Positions 13,152 to 26,654 of a DNA stretch of 64,000 nt are shown in pieces. Below the pieces are notes generated by a model. The model saw only the letters and a list, made by a program, of their open reading frames with translations. It did no database searches and was not told the origin of the DNA. The stretch's first letter is position 1. Each line of letters begins with the position of its first letter. The stretch is from Eledone cirrhosa. Taxonomy: Eukaryota. A program made the translations under genes and the position numbers. The stretch spans positions 15,376,001 through 15,440,000 of the forward strand of contig OZ024753.1 of the NCBI GenBank assembly GCA_964016885.1. The letters are read 5' to 3'.

Positions 13152-13391
13152 CGTACAGAAGGAAAACTGTCAAGAGGCTAAAGTATGTGACTCTGAACTT
13201 AAATATCTATATTTCAACTCCACTGAAGAATTGTCAATGTGTATTTTGGCTATTCACTTAATTTTACGTTCTTCCCTCAAACCATCGGTCAGAGGTGCGG
13301 ACTGTGGTAGGCCAGCCTCAATCTCAGCCCTGTATCTTTTATTCAATAAAAAACAAGAAAATGAAGCTAAGAAAACTCTCAGGAAAATCGA

Positions 13392-13680
13392 TTAAGATTT
13401 AAAGGTAAAATAAGATTTACAGGCAAAATAAGATTTACAGGTAAAATAAGATTTAAAGGTAAAATAAGATTTAAAGGTAAAATAAGATTTACAGTCAAAA
13501 TAAGATTTAAAGGTAAAATAAGATTTACAGGCAAAATAAGATTTACAGGTAAAATAAGATTTAAAGGTAAAATAAGATTTACAGGCAAAATAAGATTTAA
13601 AGGTAAAATAAGATTTACAGGCAAAATAAGGTTTACAGGTAAAATAAGATTTACAGGTAAAATAAGATTTAAAGGTAAAA
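13392..13680. repeat. 18-bp minisatellite (about 16 units)
   Basis: AAAATAAGATTTA(C/A)AGG(T/C) repeated. Confidence 0.95.
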
Positions 13681-14239
13681 GAAGTTATATTCATACAGAT
13701 GCAGATATCTAACATATCATGTTTCACTAATTATCAGAAAATGTAATACGTAAATAATATGTAAATAATATGCATATATGTAAATAATGTGGAATGGATC
13801 TCCGTCGGTTTCTGCGAGTATTTAAGTGGTTCGATTAATGGAAAGCACTGCTCGTGCACACTGTTCTCAAGAACACAGTGTATGTAAAGATGGGATCTTT
13901 TAATTATCGGAAGTGAAATCATGATTGTATAATTAATTTATTCAAAAGACAAAAAACAAATCTTATTTAGTAAGAAAAATAAAAAAGGGGAAACAAAAGG
14001 AAAGAAAGAATAGGGAAATATAGGAAAAAGAGAAAGAAAGAAGAAAAAGAAGAGGAAAGGGATGGGATGGCAAGAGTTCTGGTGTTGCAGAAAAGAGGGG
14101 GTGATGGTAGTTGGGCTTTGGGTCTAGGGCAAGGGGGCTGGACGGCAAAAGCATTCCCCGGATGATGACCAGTGTACAATTGTTAGACGAACCAATAAGT
14201 CACGTGCCTTCACACAACGGAAATAGTTACAATACAATC

Positions 14240-14387
14240 CAGGTATGCGCAACCTTTTTCAAGCAGTGGGCCGCATAGGATGTGCCTCTTCATAAAGCAG
14301 GCCGCACTACAAAACATTCAATGCAATTTTGAAATTAGAAAGCCAGAGGCCGTATGCGGTTCGCGACCTGCATACGGCCCATCACTG
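14240..14387. mobile_element. hAT (Charlie/SPIN-like) MITE
   Basis: CAGG..ATG.GC / GCCCATCACTG termini, internal GGCCGCA motifs, 8-bp TSD ATACAATC/ATATAATC. Confidence 0.7.
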
Positions 14388-14559
14388 ATATAATCAATCG
14401 ATTATATTGTGACTTTTCTCTCCAATTCGTGGTCACACTGTTGTAGACTAGAAAATTAATATTTCATTTGGCTTAAGCAAGGAGTGGCCACTTTACAGAG
14501 TGGACACTGAGGCAGTGGACAAGAACCAGAGGAAGGACAAAAACAAGATGGCCTTATTT

Positions 14560-14740
14560 AGCAGTATCGGTAGAGGGTCGGACACCATGCTTTGCAGCAT
14601 AGAGTTACGGTCCTTTACTTTCTGAGTTCAAATCCCACCGAGGTTAACTTTGCCTTTCATCCTTACGGGTTCGATAAAATAAAGTACCAGTAATGCACTG
14701 AGATAATTGCTGGCCTTGTACCAAAAATAGAAACAATTAT
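14560..14740 (+). mobile_element. SINE family 1
   Basis: Matches the family consensus. Confidence 0.9.
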
Positions 14741-15251
14741 TATCTGACGCGATACCTCGGCCCCACGTAGCCCAGTATGACCAGAGATAAGAAGCGGTGA
14801 ACGTGAACACGGGAGGGTTTCCTCCAACAGGTGTGAGAAGACCCTGGATTTTTAGATTTTAGATTTTGGATTTACTTTTGAAGTGACTTGTATATTCTAA
14901 GCCAAGATAAGACGGCCATTTTCGTTTTGAAACAGTTATTTCATGTACACTTATTACTGTGAAAAATGTACATGAGCGCTACAAAATATCGCTCCTGTCT
15001 CCAGTGGCAACAATGTCATATTTTCAATGTAAAACTGCATTGTAATATAACATTCTTTGTGGCTTTCAGTAAAAGGAAACCAATATTTCATTTCTTTATG
15101 GTCGTTGGTATCAATATACATCCCTGTAGCTTTGTCAGGGTAGAAAACAGTTTCACTGATTTAGTAGAAACTTGAAATATAAATATTTACATCTGTCTTA
15201 TTTACATGGATATATATTATGTTTGTGTACACATTAAATAAATATATGTAC

Positions 15252-15438
15252 GGTGGATTGGCAGTATTGGCAGAGCGTCGGACAACAAGCTTTGCAGCAT
15301 AGAGTTACGGTCCTTTACTTTCTGAGTTCAAATCCCACCGAGGTTAACTTTGCCTTTCATCCTTACGGGGTCGATAAAATAAAGTGCCAGTAATGCACTG
15401 GGTAATTGCTGGCCTTGTGCCAAAAGTAGAAACAATTA
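15252..15438 (+). mobile_element. SINE family 1
   Basis: Matches the family consensus. Confidence 0.9.
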
Positions 15439-15453
15439 TTTGTGTAGGGATGT

Positions 15454-15486
<33 letters not shown>

Positions 15487-15489
<3 letters not shown>

Positions 15490-17099
15490 GAAAAATTGAA
15501 CAGGGACAGAACAGAGAGGCAGTACGACAAATGTTTATTAAATTCACGCTCAGGAGAGTGGGGGGTAGGTGGGGGACGACGTTTCGGGCATAAGCCCTTC
15601 TTCAGGTGAGAGTTCAAAAGGTGTGTAGGGGAGTGGTGGAGAGACATATAGCGAAAGGAAACGGTGCGAATGAAAAATTAACAAATAAAGACAAAAATAT
15701 AATAAATAATAAATAAAAATAAAGCATGATCAAAATACAAGGAATGAGAAAATTTAAAAATAAAGGCATGATCAAAATAAACTGAAATTAAAAGGGGGGT
15801 AAACAGGTGGTGGAAGGGTGTGGGGTGAGTAGAGGTGGTGGCGGGTGGAGTGGGGAGAGGGAGACGGGGTATCCGAGCGGGGAGGGCTGAAGGTGGTGTG
15901 TGTGGTTAGGTGTGCGTGTGTGTGTGTGTGTGTGTATGTGAAAGTGAGGGTTGGGGGAAGAACGGGGTTGCATGTTCAGGAAGATGTGTGTGGGGGGTGT
16001 TTTTGTGGGTCGGAGGGTCTGTGCGTGTGTGGATAGGGGGGTGGGGGGAGAGGAATCAGGGGGCTGAGGGTGTAAATATGTGGTGGGAAGCACGTGTGTG
16101 TGGTTTAAGCGTGTTGTGGGTGTGGGTGGCGTGTGGATAAAAAAATTGTTTTGGGGTGTGTGTGTGTGGGTGAGTTATATAGGTGGTGGTGTAAGAGGGT
16201 GGTTGAAAAGTGGTAAGTTACACGGATGTATGGAGATTTTGGTGAGAAGTCAAAACGCGTGTGGGTAATCCAAGAAGCGGTGGTCGGAAGAGGAGAGATG
16301 TGGGGTGCGCGCGCAACAGGAAGTGGTCAGCAGTGGAAGTGCTGTGGTCAGTTGGTGCTGAGACAGTGGTCGGAAGGGCATAGCAGCAGTCGGCGGAATG
16401 GTAGGGAGGCGAGGATGGGTAGGTGTGAGGAGGGTGTGTGTGTGTGTATTAGTGGGGTGTTAGTGGGATGAGTGAGTGTGGAGCGGGGAGAGAAGAGTGT
16501 GTGTGGTTCTATGGAGGGAGTGTGGTGTACTGGTGTGTGTGTAGTTTGGTGAAGAGGTGTTAGTGGGTGTTAATATACGGGAGGTGGGGAGGGGTGGAAT
16601 GCAGGTGTGAGTGGGGGTTAGTGGGGGTAGGGTGTGTAGAGTTGGTGGTGTACGAGGGTGTGTGGGTACGTGTGCGTGGGGTTGGAGGGTGTTAGTGATG
16701 TTAGTTGCGTGGGGGTGGGTGGTGTAAGTGGGTGCGTGTGTGCGTGTGATAAGGAGGGGGAGGAGGAGAAGAGGGGAGGGAAGGGATGTTAGTATGTTAG
16801 TTGGGGAAGGGTGGTCAGATGAGGGGTGGAGTGGAGGTGTTAGTATTGTTAGTGTGGGGTGGGCGGTGAAAAGGAGGGGTGTTTTAGTGGTGTTAGTGGG
16901 GGATAAGTGTGGGGGGAGGAGGGCGGTCGAACGCTAAAGGAATAAGGGTGGGGAGTTCAGGCCGGGGGGAGTGTGGGTCTGTAAGATGAAGATAGTACGT
17001 TGTTCGACCGTAAGGCGATGGGCGGGTGTTCCGTGGCACTGGAGTAGGCCACAGACTGTGAGATGGCGTGCGGAGTGTCCAGGGCCACCAAAGTGGCAT
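15487..17099 (-). mobile_element. Penelope-like element 3' portion: GIY-YIG C-terminus, C-rich 3' UTR and minimal HHR (15576-15607)
   Basis: Minus strand CHFGGPGHSARHLTVCGLLQCHGTPAHRLTVEQRTIFILQTH..(frameshift)GLN at about 17098-16950. HHR is CTGAAGA-A-GGGC-TTAT-GCCC-GAAAC-GTC. Both ends lie in (TA)n. Confidence 0.8.
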
Positions 17100-17181
17100 A
17101 TATATATATATATATTATATATATATATATATATAGTAATAATAATAAAATTGAAGACTAAAATCCAAAGAGGGCTCGATA

Positions 17182-17255
<74 letters not shown>

Positions 17256-17626
17256 TATTTGTGTAGGGATGTTAAATGTATATATATATATATTCTTTGT
17301 GTAGCGATGTTGGATGTGTGTGCGTATATATATATTCCTTGTCTGGCTTTCTGGAGAATAGAGGGAAGGTGTTTCCTCGAAAACCAGTATGACTCTAAAA
17401 ACCGGTTTGTCTGTGTGTTTACATACAGAATAGCTGGGTTGCTCACAGTAAAGCAACCAGTGAAAGACTTGTTACATCTGCATATGTATACGTGTGTGTA
17501 TTCATATACACACTAGTATTTCAGTATGCATATGTAGATGTACATTTTTAACTTAATTGTTTAAGCGTCAGTCATACAAAAGTAAGTTACAAACGAAACG
17601 AAATTTAATTTCGTTTCGTTATTTGT

Positions 17627-17656
<30 letters not shown>

Positions 17657-17662
<6 letters not shown>

Positions 17663-18030
17663 ATAAATGAGATTAAGACGAAATATCTGGTAGAGAATAT
17701 TAAGAAGCCAGAGAAGATTACTAATGTAGGCGGGAAGCCGCTAGAATTGGTTGAGGACTTCCTGTATTTGAGAGCAAAGATTGGGAATACGGAAGACGAT
17801 GTGGTTGAGAGGAAGAGCAAAGCCTGGGCGGTGTGCCACAGCTTGAGATCGGTGTGGAAGTCGGACCTTCGTAAAGGCCTGAAGATCAGTCTCTTTGTTG
17901 CTGTAGTGGAGTCTGTGCTGCTGTATGGGTCTGAGACTTGGACACTGACCATGAGACGCACTCAGATGGTGGATGGGTGCTACACAAGAATGCTGAGGAT
18001 GGCTCTGAACATTAATCAGTATACACTGAG
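17657..18030 (+). pseudogene. RTE-clade LINE, RT C-terminal fragment inserted in (TA)n
   Basis: INEIKTKY...LELVEDFLYL...KAWAVCHSLRSVWKS...VESVLLYGSETWTLT...DGCYTRMLRMALNI. Confidence 0.9.
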
Positions 18031-18251
18031 GATATATATATATGTATATATATCATTGGCGTATGGACGTTAAATATACATATGTATATTATGTGTATGT
18101 ATGTTTATGTATATATGTATATATGTATATTACTTGTATATATGTTTATGGTCGGGTCATGGAGGAAAAGGTTAAGGAGTTCGTTTCATAAGCATTAGGT
18201 CCTAAGTTCAATTCCACCGCGTGGCTTTTTGGGCAGGTTGGCCCAAATATA

Positions 18252-18470
18252 ATGTTTTCTGATTTAGGCACAAGGCCAGACATATGAGGGGAAGGAGGAA
18301 AGTCGATTAAATCAACCCCAGTACATTACTGGTACTTTATTTTATCGACCCTCGTAAGGATAAAAGGCAAAGCTAACTTCGGCAGGGGTTTGAACTCAGA
18401 TCGTAAAAGGCCGCAACTCTATGCCACTAAGCATGATGTCCGACGCTCTGCCGATTCTGCCAATCCGCCG
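18252..18470 (-). mobile_element. SINE family 1 (long variant)
   Basis: Reverse-complement match to the consensus. Confidence 0.85.
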
Positions 18471-18979
18471 CCACAGGAAGAATGGAAGAGGAGTGGACAC
18501 AGGAATAATGGAAGACAAGGTAGATACAGGAGGAATGGATCACATGACCTATTTGAATTCAAGGAAAATTATAAGAAATTGAATATTGATTTCTAATATT
18601 GACATTTGTCTATTTAGGGGGGCTGGAAGTCGTCGACTAAAACCCCTGCATATACTAGGGTAGACTGAACAGTTCATAGGCTGATTATGACTGAGTGATG
18701 CTAGGGCTGTGAAATCTTGCAGGCAGCCACCAAACATTGTATGCAAATCACATGAAATGATGGCATTTCAACTCAGAGCATGAACACATGGAAAATATAA
18801 AGAAATCTTGAAAGTTGTATTGTCTGTTGCTGAAGTGATTCCTAGAATAATTTTCATTAGATCCGAATGATCGATAACAATCACATATATTTGTGTGGTG
18901 TCGGTAACGTTGTGTAGAAAACAACGCAGGGCATTGGCCTTGCTAAACGCAAACAAGATTGTGTGAGTGTGTGTGTATG

Positions 18980-19012
<33 letters not shown>

Positions 19013-19174
19013 GTATATGTATGTGTGTATGTGTGTGTGCGTGTGTGCATGTGTGTACACACATATATCAAAGATTTGTTAATTTTCAAATAAAAGCAAC
19101 TCAAGGATAATAGAGAGAAATTTTAGAAATTTTCTCTACCAAAAGCAAATTAGGAAACTGAGAAAGCAATCATA

Positions 19175-19229
<55 letters not shown>

Positions 19230-19643
19230 ATTTATAAATGCATATTTGAAATGTTAATCTGATGGATGTCGGCAATTTAGCGAATATTTCAGCAAATTGC
19301 CATTTCTCGCTATATTTAAACGACAATAGGATATTAGTTCTGTTGTTCAATCTTCTAGTTGTTTTCTCAAAGAAACGGCCTGCTCATAAGATTTAACCTG
19401 CAACAGATTGAGCATTTCACACGGCCATGCCGCTTGACAGGGTGACACATTTTCTGCAGCAGCGTGAAATAGAGTGTCTTGCTCAAGGACACAGCGAGCC
19501 GCCGGGAATCGCACTTCCGGGTGGTGAGAAGAGAAGATCCTGTAACTATATACACACAATCACATACGATTGAAAACGACTTTGAAACAATTTCAATCCC
19601 AAAGAGAGGAAATCGGAACGTTATCTACTGAAGGTTCCTTAAA

Positions 19644-19679
19644 CCCTGATGAAGGGACTTTTAGACCCCGAAATATTGG
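19644..19679 (+). ncRNA. Minimal hammerhead-like motif
   Basis: CC-CTGATGA-AGGGAC-TTTTA-GACCCC-GAAA-TATT-GG; stem I is weak. Confidence 0.5.
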
Positions 19680-19819
19680 ACAAATATAAGAAAAAGAACA
19701 ACAACAACAACAAAACAAAACAAAGATTATCAGGTAACTTTTACTTTTCGTTACCTCATCTTAAAGTCTATTTTGCACTGCTTAACCTACAATGCTTCAA
19801 GCAAACTACATTTTATTAT

Positions 19820-20077
19820 ATAGTTACGTCCCTTTACGATCTGAGTTCAAATCCCGCCGAGGTTGACTTTGCCTTTCATCCTTACGGGGTCGATAAAATA
19901 AAGTACCAGTAATGCACTGGGTAATTGCTGGCCTTGTGCCTAAAGTAGAAACAATTATATATATATATCCCGTCGAGGTTAACTTTGCCTTTCATCCTAA
20001 CGGGGGGTCGATAAAATAAAGTTCCAGTAATACATTGGGATAATTGCTGGCCTTGTGCCTATTGTAGAAACAATTAT
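19820..20077 (+). mobile_element. Two 5'-truncated SINE family 1 copies
   Basis: Match to the consensus 3' part. Confidence 0.85.
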
Positions 20078-20160
20078 ATATATATATATATATATATATA
20101 CTTATATATATGTGTATGTGTGCGCGTGCATTTAGGTAAGTATACTTGTAAGTATGTATG

Positions 20161-20244
<84 letters not shown>

Positions 20245-21067
20245 GGTGTGTGTGAAAAGGAACCAGAAATAACAAAGCATGTACAACACAGTACAATGAA
20301 AAATATATTAGTTTTACGCTTGATACAAAAGTAAAAGGGCCTTAATGTTTCGGACGCTATTCCTTCATCGGAAAATAGAATGAGAAATTAAAGTAGAAAG
20401 ATAAAGAGTGAGCAGGGAGAAACGAAACAAAAATTTCTTCGAGAAAAAGCAACTCTGTGTATATATGAGTGTGTCTCTCTCTCTCTCGCTATGTGCGTGT
20501 ATATATATATATATATATATAGGTGTGTGTGTTTTGTGTGTGTGTTTTGTGTGTGTATATATATATATGTGTGTGTGTGTTTATGTATGTATGTCTGTAT
20601 ATATATATAAATATAGTTGCTGCAGATGATTTCAACGATTGATTTAGTTGTAAATATTTTGGCTATCTTTCCGGATCTATAATATCTACGCCGCCGACAC
20701 TCGAATTTGTTTCCTCATACATTTTTTACTAATGCATATTTTCATGTGATTTTGCTGAGATATTTTCTCGAGGGTCTAGATGGCGATTACTCTGATGGAA
20801 TATTTAAAATATTGACTAAAGTTAAACTCATAATTGTTTCACCATATGTTCCCGCTTTCATGTGGTTAAACAATAATAGCAAGCGTGATAATGTCACAAA
20901 TTTTCTACAACAACGTAATGTTATTTCAATTTGGTTTATCTTTTTTTTTTTTGCGTACAAAATATGTTTTTGTCAAGAGAATTATAACGTATCTCTACAA
21001 AATATACAATTTCAAGAGAATTCCTCAGTGAATTTGAAATAAAAACATGACTGAGGTTCAGACTGAC

Positions 21068-21270
21068 TGACAAGGGGTTGCTAAAAAAGAAAATACAGAA
21101 AGATCATTTAATTATGATCTTATTCAACATATTCCCCTCTCAGATTCACATAACTTTTGCAAAGGGCCTTCAGGTTTTCTAAGCCCTGTAAAATGAAATC
21201 GGCTGGTTGGGCCTTCAACCAAGCCTCTGTAGCAGTGATGAAGCCAGGAACTTTTCTACACACCTTCGTA
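21068..21270. mobile_element. Tc1/mariner-derived MITE (degenerate)
   Basis: Right end AAGCCAGGAACTTTTCTACACACCTTCGTA with a decayed left counterpart AAGGGGTTGCTAAAAA; internal TTATTCAACATATTCCCCTCTCAGATTCACA. Confidence 0.6.
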
Positions 21271-21310
21271 GTCCGCCTCTCTCTTAGACGCTTCTACTGA
21301 AGAACGTAAA

Positions 21311-21898
21311 ATTAACTGAGTAGCCAATATACACAGCGTAAATTCGTCAGTGGATTTGAAATAAAGACATTTAAGGCTTGTAGTCAAGTACTACCTTCGC
21401 AGTTTTACTTCTAGATCTAGAAACTTATAATTACTGTGTATAGGTCTTTGGTTAGATATACTGTATCCCTACAAAGGGGGACTAAAAAGGTGGACGCAAG
21501 GAAAGCCATATGGCTGTAAAACATTGCCTAAAAAAGGACATGATAAATATGAATTTTGATGTGGGGCCCTCAGAGGAAATATTGTTGAAACGCTTATTCT
21601 TGTGTAGTATTTATCGATGTTAGAAGCCTTTCAATGATACTGGGAGTTGATTTTGAACACCACCAAACTCCGATGGTGTGAGAGTGAACGATAAACTTCA
21701 GGTATGAGGGCCAAGGTTTATTTAAATGTAACATGCTAAATACAGCGAGATGTAGCTATAAATAGTGTTATTTATTAACTGAGCTATTAACTGAGTAGCC
21801 AATATACACAGCGAAAATTCGTCAGTGGATTTGAAATAAAGACATTTAAGGCTTGTAGTGAAATATTACCTTCGCAGTTTTACTTCTAGATCTAGAAA
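21311..21898. repeat. ~113-bp direct repeat pair (21311-21423 and 21786-21898)
   Basis: ATTAACTGAGTAGCCAATATACACAGCG...CTTCTAGATCTAGAAA occurs twice. Confidence 0.9.
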
Positions 21899-22532
21899 AG
21901 ATAGAAAAGATAATTTTTTTTCCCTTAATTATAAATGCATTTTTATATCAACAAGATGACAAATTCTCGATTCTAAAAGCTGAAATGGTAGCAATAGATG
22001 TGATGTAACTACATCGGAAAGGAAGTGAATGAATAAAAATGAGAAATAAGTGAAATTGAATGCAACATGTATGTACGTTAATTGGTGTGGAATGCATAAC
22101 AAAAAATATACACAGTTAACTGCAATATAAATTTATTTCGGTTGTAATAACATTCGTAAATACAAAGTGAAGGATTTAAAACATATTTCTTCATATTTGC
22201 GACACACACTCATATCCACGTGTGGTACATGGGTGCACATACACACACACAGCAGCCCTTGTTTGTGTGTGTTGCTGTTACTGTTAGTGTAGGTACAGCA
22301 AGACACATCAAATTGATAATACGCCGTCCAACACCGATTTAGGCCAACCAATTTCATAAAATGGTCTTTATGTATACAGAGTATTATCAAAAGCAAAATT
22401 TATTTCAGTTAACACATTATGTTATGAAGTTATAACACAATTATATTTCTTGAAAATAGGTTGGTCCTTCGATAAGTTTATTATGTAGGTTATTAGTTGA
22501 AGTATAAATTTGAATCAAAGCTATATATATAT

Positions 22533-22741
22533 ATAGGAACAAGTAGGACTCCGACGGCTGAGCTCAAGCCGTTTCGACGGCTAATTCTGAACTAAATTAT
22601 TTAGTCCAGAATTAGCCGTCGAAACGGCTTGAGCTCAGCCATCGAGGTCCTACTTGTTCCTATTACCCACTCTACTACCCTAAGTATTGAGTACTTTGGT
22701 GCGTTATGGTTCATCTGGTTCCTTACCACAGTTCCTTCGTT
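22533..22741 (+). mobile_element. HHR module family C, fold-back copy (3' half of a hammerhead only)
   Basis: Palindrome 22533-22663 containing GAAA-CGGCT..AGCCG-TC; flanked by (TA)n. Relatives at 31845, 31980, 33880, 37620, 44545, 45000 and 50265. Confidence 0.7.
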
Positions 22742-23455
22742 ATATATATATATATATATAAATATATAAATGAAAATAGAGAAATTAATGTGAGCAAGAA
22801 GCCAACAGTATTTTATAATATATAAGTGACTATAACGTCAAGATGGAAAATATTTAACGTAAGATATGGGATAATAATTCAAACTCAATTACAAAAAAAA
22901 ATTTTTTTTAAAGTCAAGACAGAAATTTTATCCACAGATTTGGTGAAATCCAGGTAAAAAACCAATAGAGTCTTAACTCAGAATAACATTAAGGTTAAAT
23001 ACTCATCCTTCAATTTGGAAAAGCTACAAATGTTCTATATAGTCTTAAAAAGACTATTTCACGAAACTTTTATATATATATATATTGTAACTATATTAAA
23101 TCAAAACAAGCGGGGTTTTCTTATTCCTAACTGTTCGGGTGGAAGACATTCAGCCCGAGTCACAACTTTAGGTTCGAGCAGGGGTTACTAATATTGAAAG
23201 TAATATTCTTATTAATTTGATATAGGGAGACCCAACGGTGCGATATTCAAGTATAGCCCAGGAGAGAGGAATACAATTGTAGTTTATCCAGCATGTCATT
23301 TACACATAATAAGATTTACGTTGAAGTTCAGTAGCCTATGCAGTTGTCTGGTCTATGGGAGATGCGTGGTACGATTTCTGTCAGTGGTTCTGTCAGAATG
23401 TTAACTGTTATATTTCGCATGTAGAAATGCCCTCTTTAAGTTTACGTCAATAATA

Positions 23456-24075
23456 AATGTTTCTACTTTTGGCACAAGGCCAGCAATTAATTATCTAGTA
23501 CATTACTGGTACTTTATTTTATCGACTCTGTAAGGATGAAAGGCAAAGTTAAACTCGACGGGATTTGAACTCAGTCCGTAAAGGGACGTAACTGCGCTGC
23601 AAAGCATGGCGTCCGACCCTCTACCGATACTGCCAATTCACCACCCTTATCCATAATAAATAATTGTTTCTACTTTTGGCACAAGGCCAGCAATTACCCA
23701 GTACATTACTGGTACTTTATTTTATCGATCCCGTAAGGATGAAAGGCAAAGTCAACCTCGGCGGGATTTGAACTCAGATCGTAAAGGGACGTAACTATGC
23801 TGGAAAGCATGGCATCCGACCCTCTACCGATATTGCCAATCCACCGCCCTTATCCATAATAAAGAATGGTTTCTGATTTAGGCACAAGGCCAGCAATTTT
23901 GGTGGAGGGGAAGGTCGATTAAGTCGAACCAAGTGCGTTAGTGGTACTTTATTTTATCGACCCCGTATGGATGAAAGGCAAAGCTAACCTCGGCGGGATA
24001 CATCTCAGAACGTAAAGGAGCGTAAGTATATACCGCAAAGCATGTTGTCGGACGCTCTACCGATACTAACAATTC
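23456..24075 (-). mobile_element. Three head-to-tail SINE family 1 copies
   Basis: Consensus matches; the middle copy has TSD CCCTTATCCATAATAAA. Confidence 0.9.
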
Positions 24076-24927
24076 CCTCACGCTCCCGTCTATAATAAAT
24101 AATATTTATCTATAGTGTGTGTCTACTCTAACGATTTCTTTTAAAGAATATTAAAAAAAAACATCTTGCCAATTATTTCAAAATTATAGTCAGATATGAA
24201 CGACTAAATACATTTCTCGACTTTGATAGGAAATTCACATAATAAAAAATCAGTTTTGAAACAAATGCGCTAACATATATAATTTGCAAAACATTCTATA
24301 TTCTTAGGAGTTCATCTAAGCAAATAATAATACCACTAATTACCAATATTCATAGACTTTATTGAAGAACATTTGGCAAAGGTCATTCGTTTTTATAATT
24401 TTCTTTAAAATGTTTAGTAAAATTATCTATAGCATTTCAACTGATTTGTTTTAGAAAGTTGTACTATTTTTCTTGTTTTTGTAATGTTGTAATGTTCAAG
24501 AATATAATTCTATATATTTTGGGGAAAGAATAAAACACATCAAACTAATTAAATACTATTATTATATTCATGACATAAAAAATATATATTTGACAGTTCA
24601 ATGTATATTTTGAAAAGGTGTATTGCTGTTGTTGTTGTTGGTGTCATTAATATTACTGATGTGCGTGTGTATATATCTATAGTAGTAAAGGTGCAATTGA
24701 ATTGCATTCACAGGCGGTAAGCCAAGATGAGTACTCGATGTTATTGGGGAGCAGAGTATCAACAATAATAATTAGGGAACAAAGAATCAGTCTTGCATCA
24801 TATACATATTTAATCGCGTATTACATATGTTTCATTGTCGAACAGCTCGAGGAACGATCGATTATGTTCGTTCCTGACTCTGGAATCGAAACTCCTCATA
24901 TATTTGTTCTCACATGTAGACTCACGT

Positions 24928-24977
<50 letters not shown>

Positions 24978-25198
24978 GTAATAAACGAAAGATATATACA
25001 TTATATCAGCACTATTTATTTCATTATATATATTTTGGGGATGCAAAAAGCATGTCTTCATCAGATAAAATACATATGAGATGTATAATGTTTATTGTAT
25101 GCTTCGTATCTTATTTTATTGTATGCTTCATATCAACTAGGTCTTTAACTCATTGTTTTATATATATATATATAATGGAATACTGTTAGCTTCTCACT

Positions 25199-25292
<94 letters not shown>

Positions 25293-25296
<4 letters not shown>

Positions 25297-25410
25297 TTAA
25301 ATGGTTAGAGAACTGGATTCGCAATCGTGAGGTTGCGAGTTCGATTCCCGGACCGGGCGATGCGTTATGACCTTGAGCAAGATACTTTATTTCACGTTGC
25401 TCCTTCTACC
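25293..25410 (+). mobile_element. tRNA-derived SINE family 2
   Basis: TGGTTAAATGG A box, GAGTTCGATTCCC B box, CCTTGAGCAAGATACTTTATTTCACGTTGCTCC. Other copies at 36655-36800(-), 55085-55250(-) and 19450-19530(-). Confidence 0.85.
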
Positions 25411-26437
25411 TAAAGTTGCGATCGATAGATAGTACTAGCAATTGGAAAGACCAACGGAAACATTGTTTCCTCGGTCCGATTTGACAAACGCACTGTATGT
25501 CTGTATGCGCCTGTCTGTCTGTATGCGCCTGTCTGTCTGTATGTATGGCGCTGTGTTGGACTGTGTGTCTGTCTGTCTGTCTATCTGTGTATGTATGTGT
25601 GTGTATGTCTATATGTGTCTGGGTATTTAGGGCCATTATTTTATATCGCGCCGAGGTTAACTTTGCCTTTCATCCTTACGGGGTCGATAAAATAAAGTAC
25701 CAGTAATACACTGGGTAATTGCTGGCTTTGTGCCAAAAGTAGAAACAATTATTTTATCTTCAAACAGACAGGTTATTATCTCCCTTGATCTTTAACCTCT
25801 CCAAAGGAATTATACATGTTTTATTTGTTCACCATGTTATTTCTCACACTTCTTTATCTATCAGTCCCCCCTCCATCTAAACATCTCTATCTCTCACACT
25901 CTCCCTCATTCCCTCTCTCTTAATATCTCTCCCTCCCTCTCAACATCTCTCTATCTCTCATACTCTACCCCATTCTTTATATCTATCAATATCTCCCCCT
26001 TCCTCTACCTTATGTTATCTCTTGACCCTCTCTCTGTCACCGTTTCCTTCTCCTATCCTCCCTCTATAAATCTCCCTTTCCTCTCTACTTCACACCTACT
26101 CTCCCTCTAATTCTCTCTCTATGTATCCCCCTAACTCTCCCCCTCTCTCCGTCTTTATCACTCTAATCCTCTCTTTACCTCATACTATACACCTGCCATC
26201 ATCCCTATCTTCACCTGTCTCTATATATATACCTAAATAACACCGTTATTGCTCCAATCAATCCATAACAATTTAGTAAAACCCCTAAACCGAGCACTAA
26301 CCAGTACTCATGACCCATGCCAAACAAAACCGTACACACCCTCAAAATTTGGCGAACCAAACGCGCACAACCAAATTCGGCATACGTAACCGGACTGCAA
26401 GATATATATATGTTCCGCCGTATAACCATGCACATTA

Positions 26438-26475
26438 CGAGCTGAGGATCCGCTAAGGTGAAACAATTGTTCTCG
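26438..26475 (+). ncRNA. Minimal type I hammerhead at the end of a CT-rich PLE-like UTR
   Basis: CGAG-CTGAGGA-TCC-GCTAA-GGT-GAAA-CAATTG-TT-CTCG. Confidence 0.75.
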
Positions 26476-26507
26476 GTATGGTGAACTAACTGTTGTGTTA
26501 CCACTTC

Positions 26508-26609
<102 letters not shown>

Positions 26610-26654
26610 CGTGCGTGTGTGTGTGTGTGCGTGCGTGCGTGTGTGTGTGTGTAG

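Noticed and set aside
13254-13335. Possible minus-strand terminal exon YRAEIEAGLPQSAPLTDGLREERKIK*
   Set aside because: Weak acceptor, no recognisable homology, no linked exons.
12758-13680. CRISPR-like appearance of regular repeats (also at 32365, 51115 and 54394)
   Set aside because: No unique spacers, no cas genes, eukaryotic context; these are tandem repeats.
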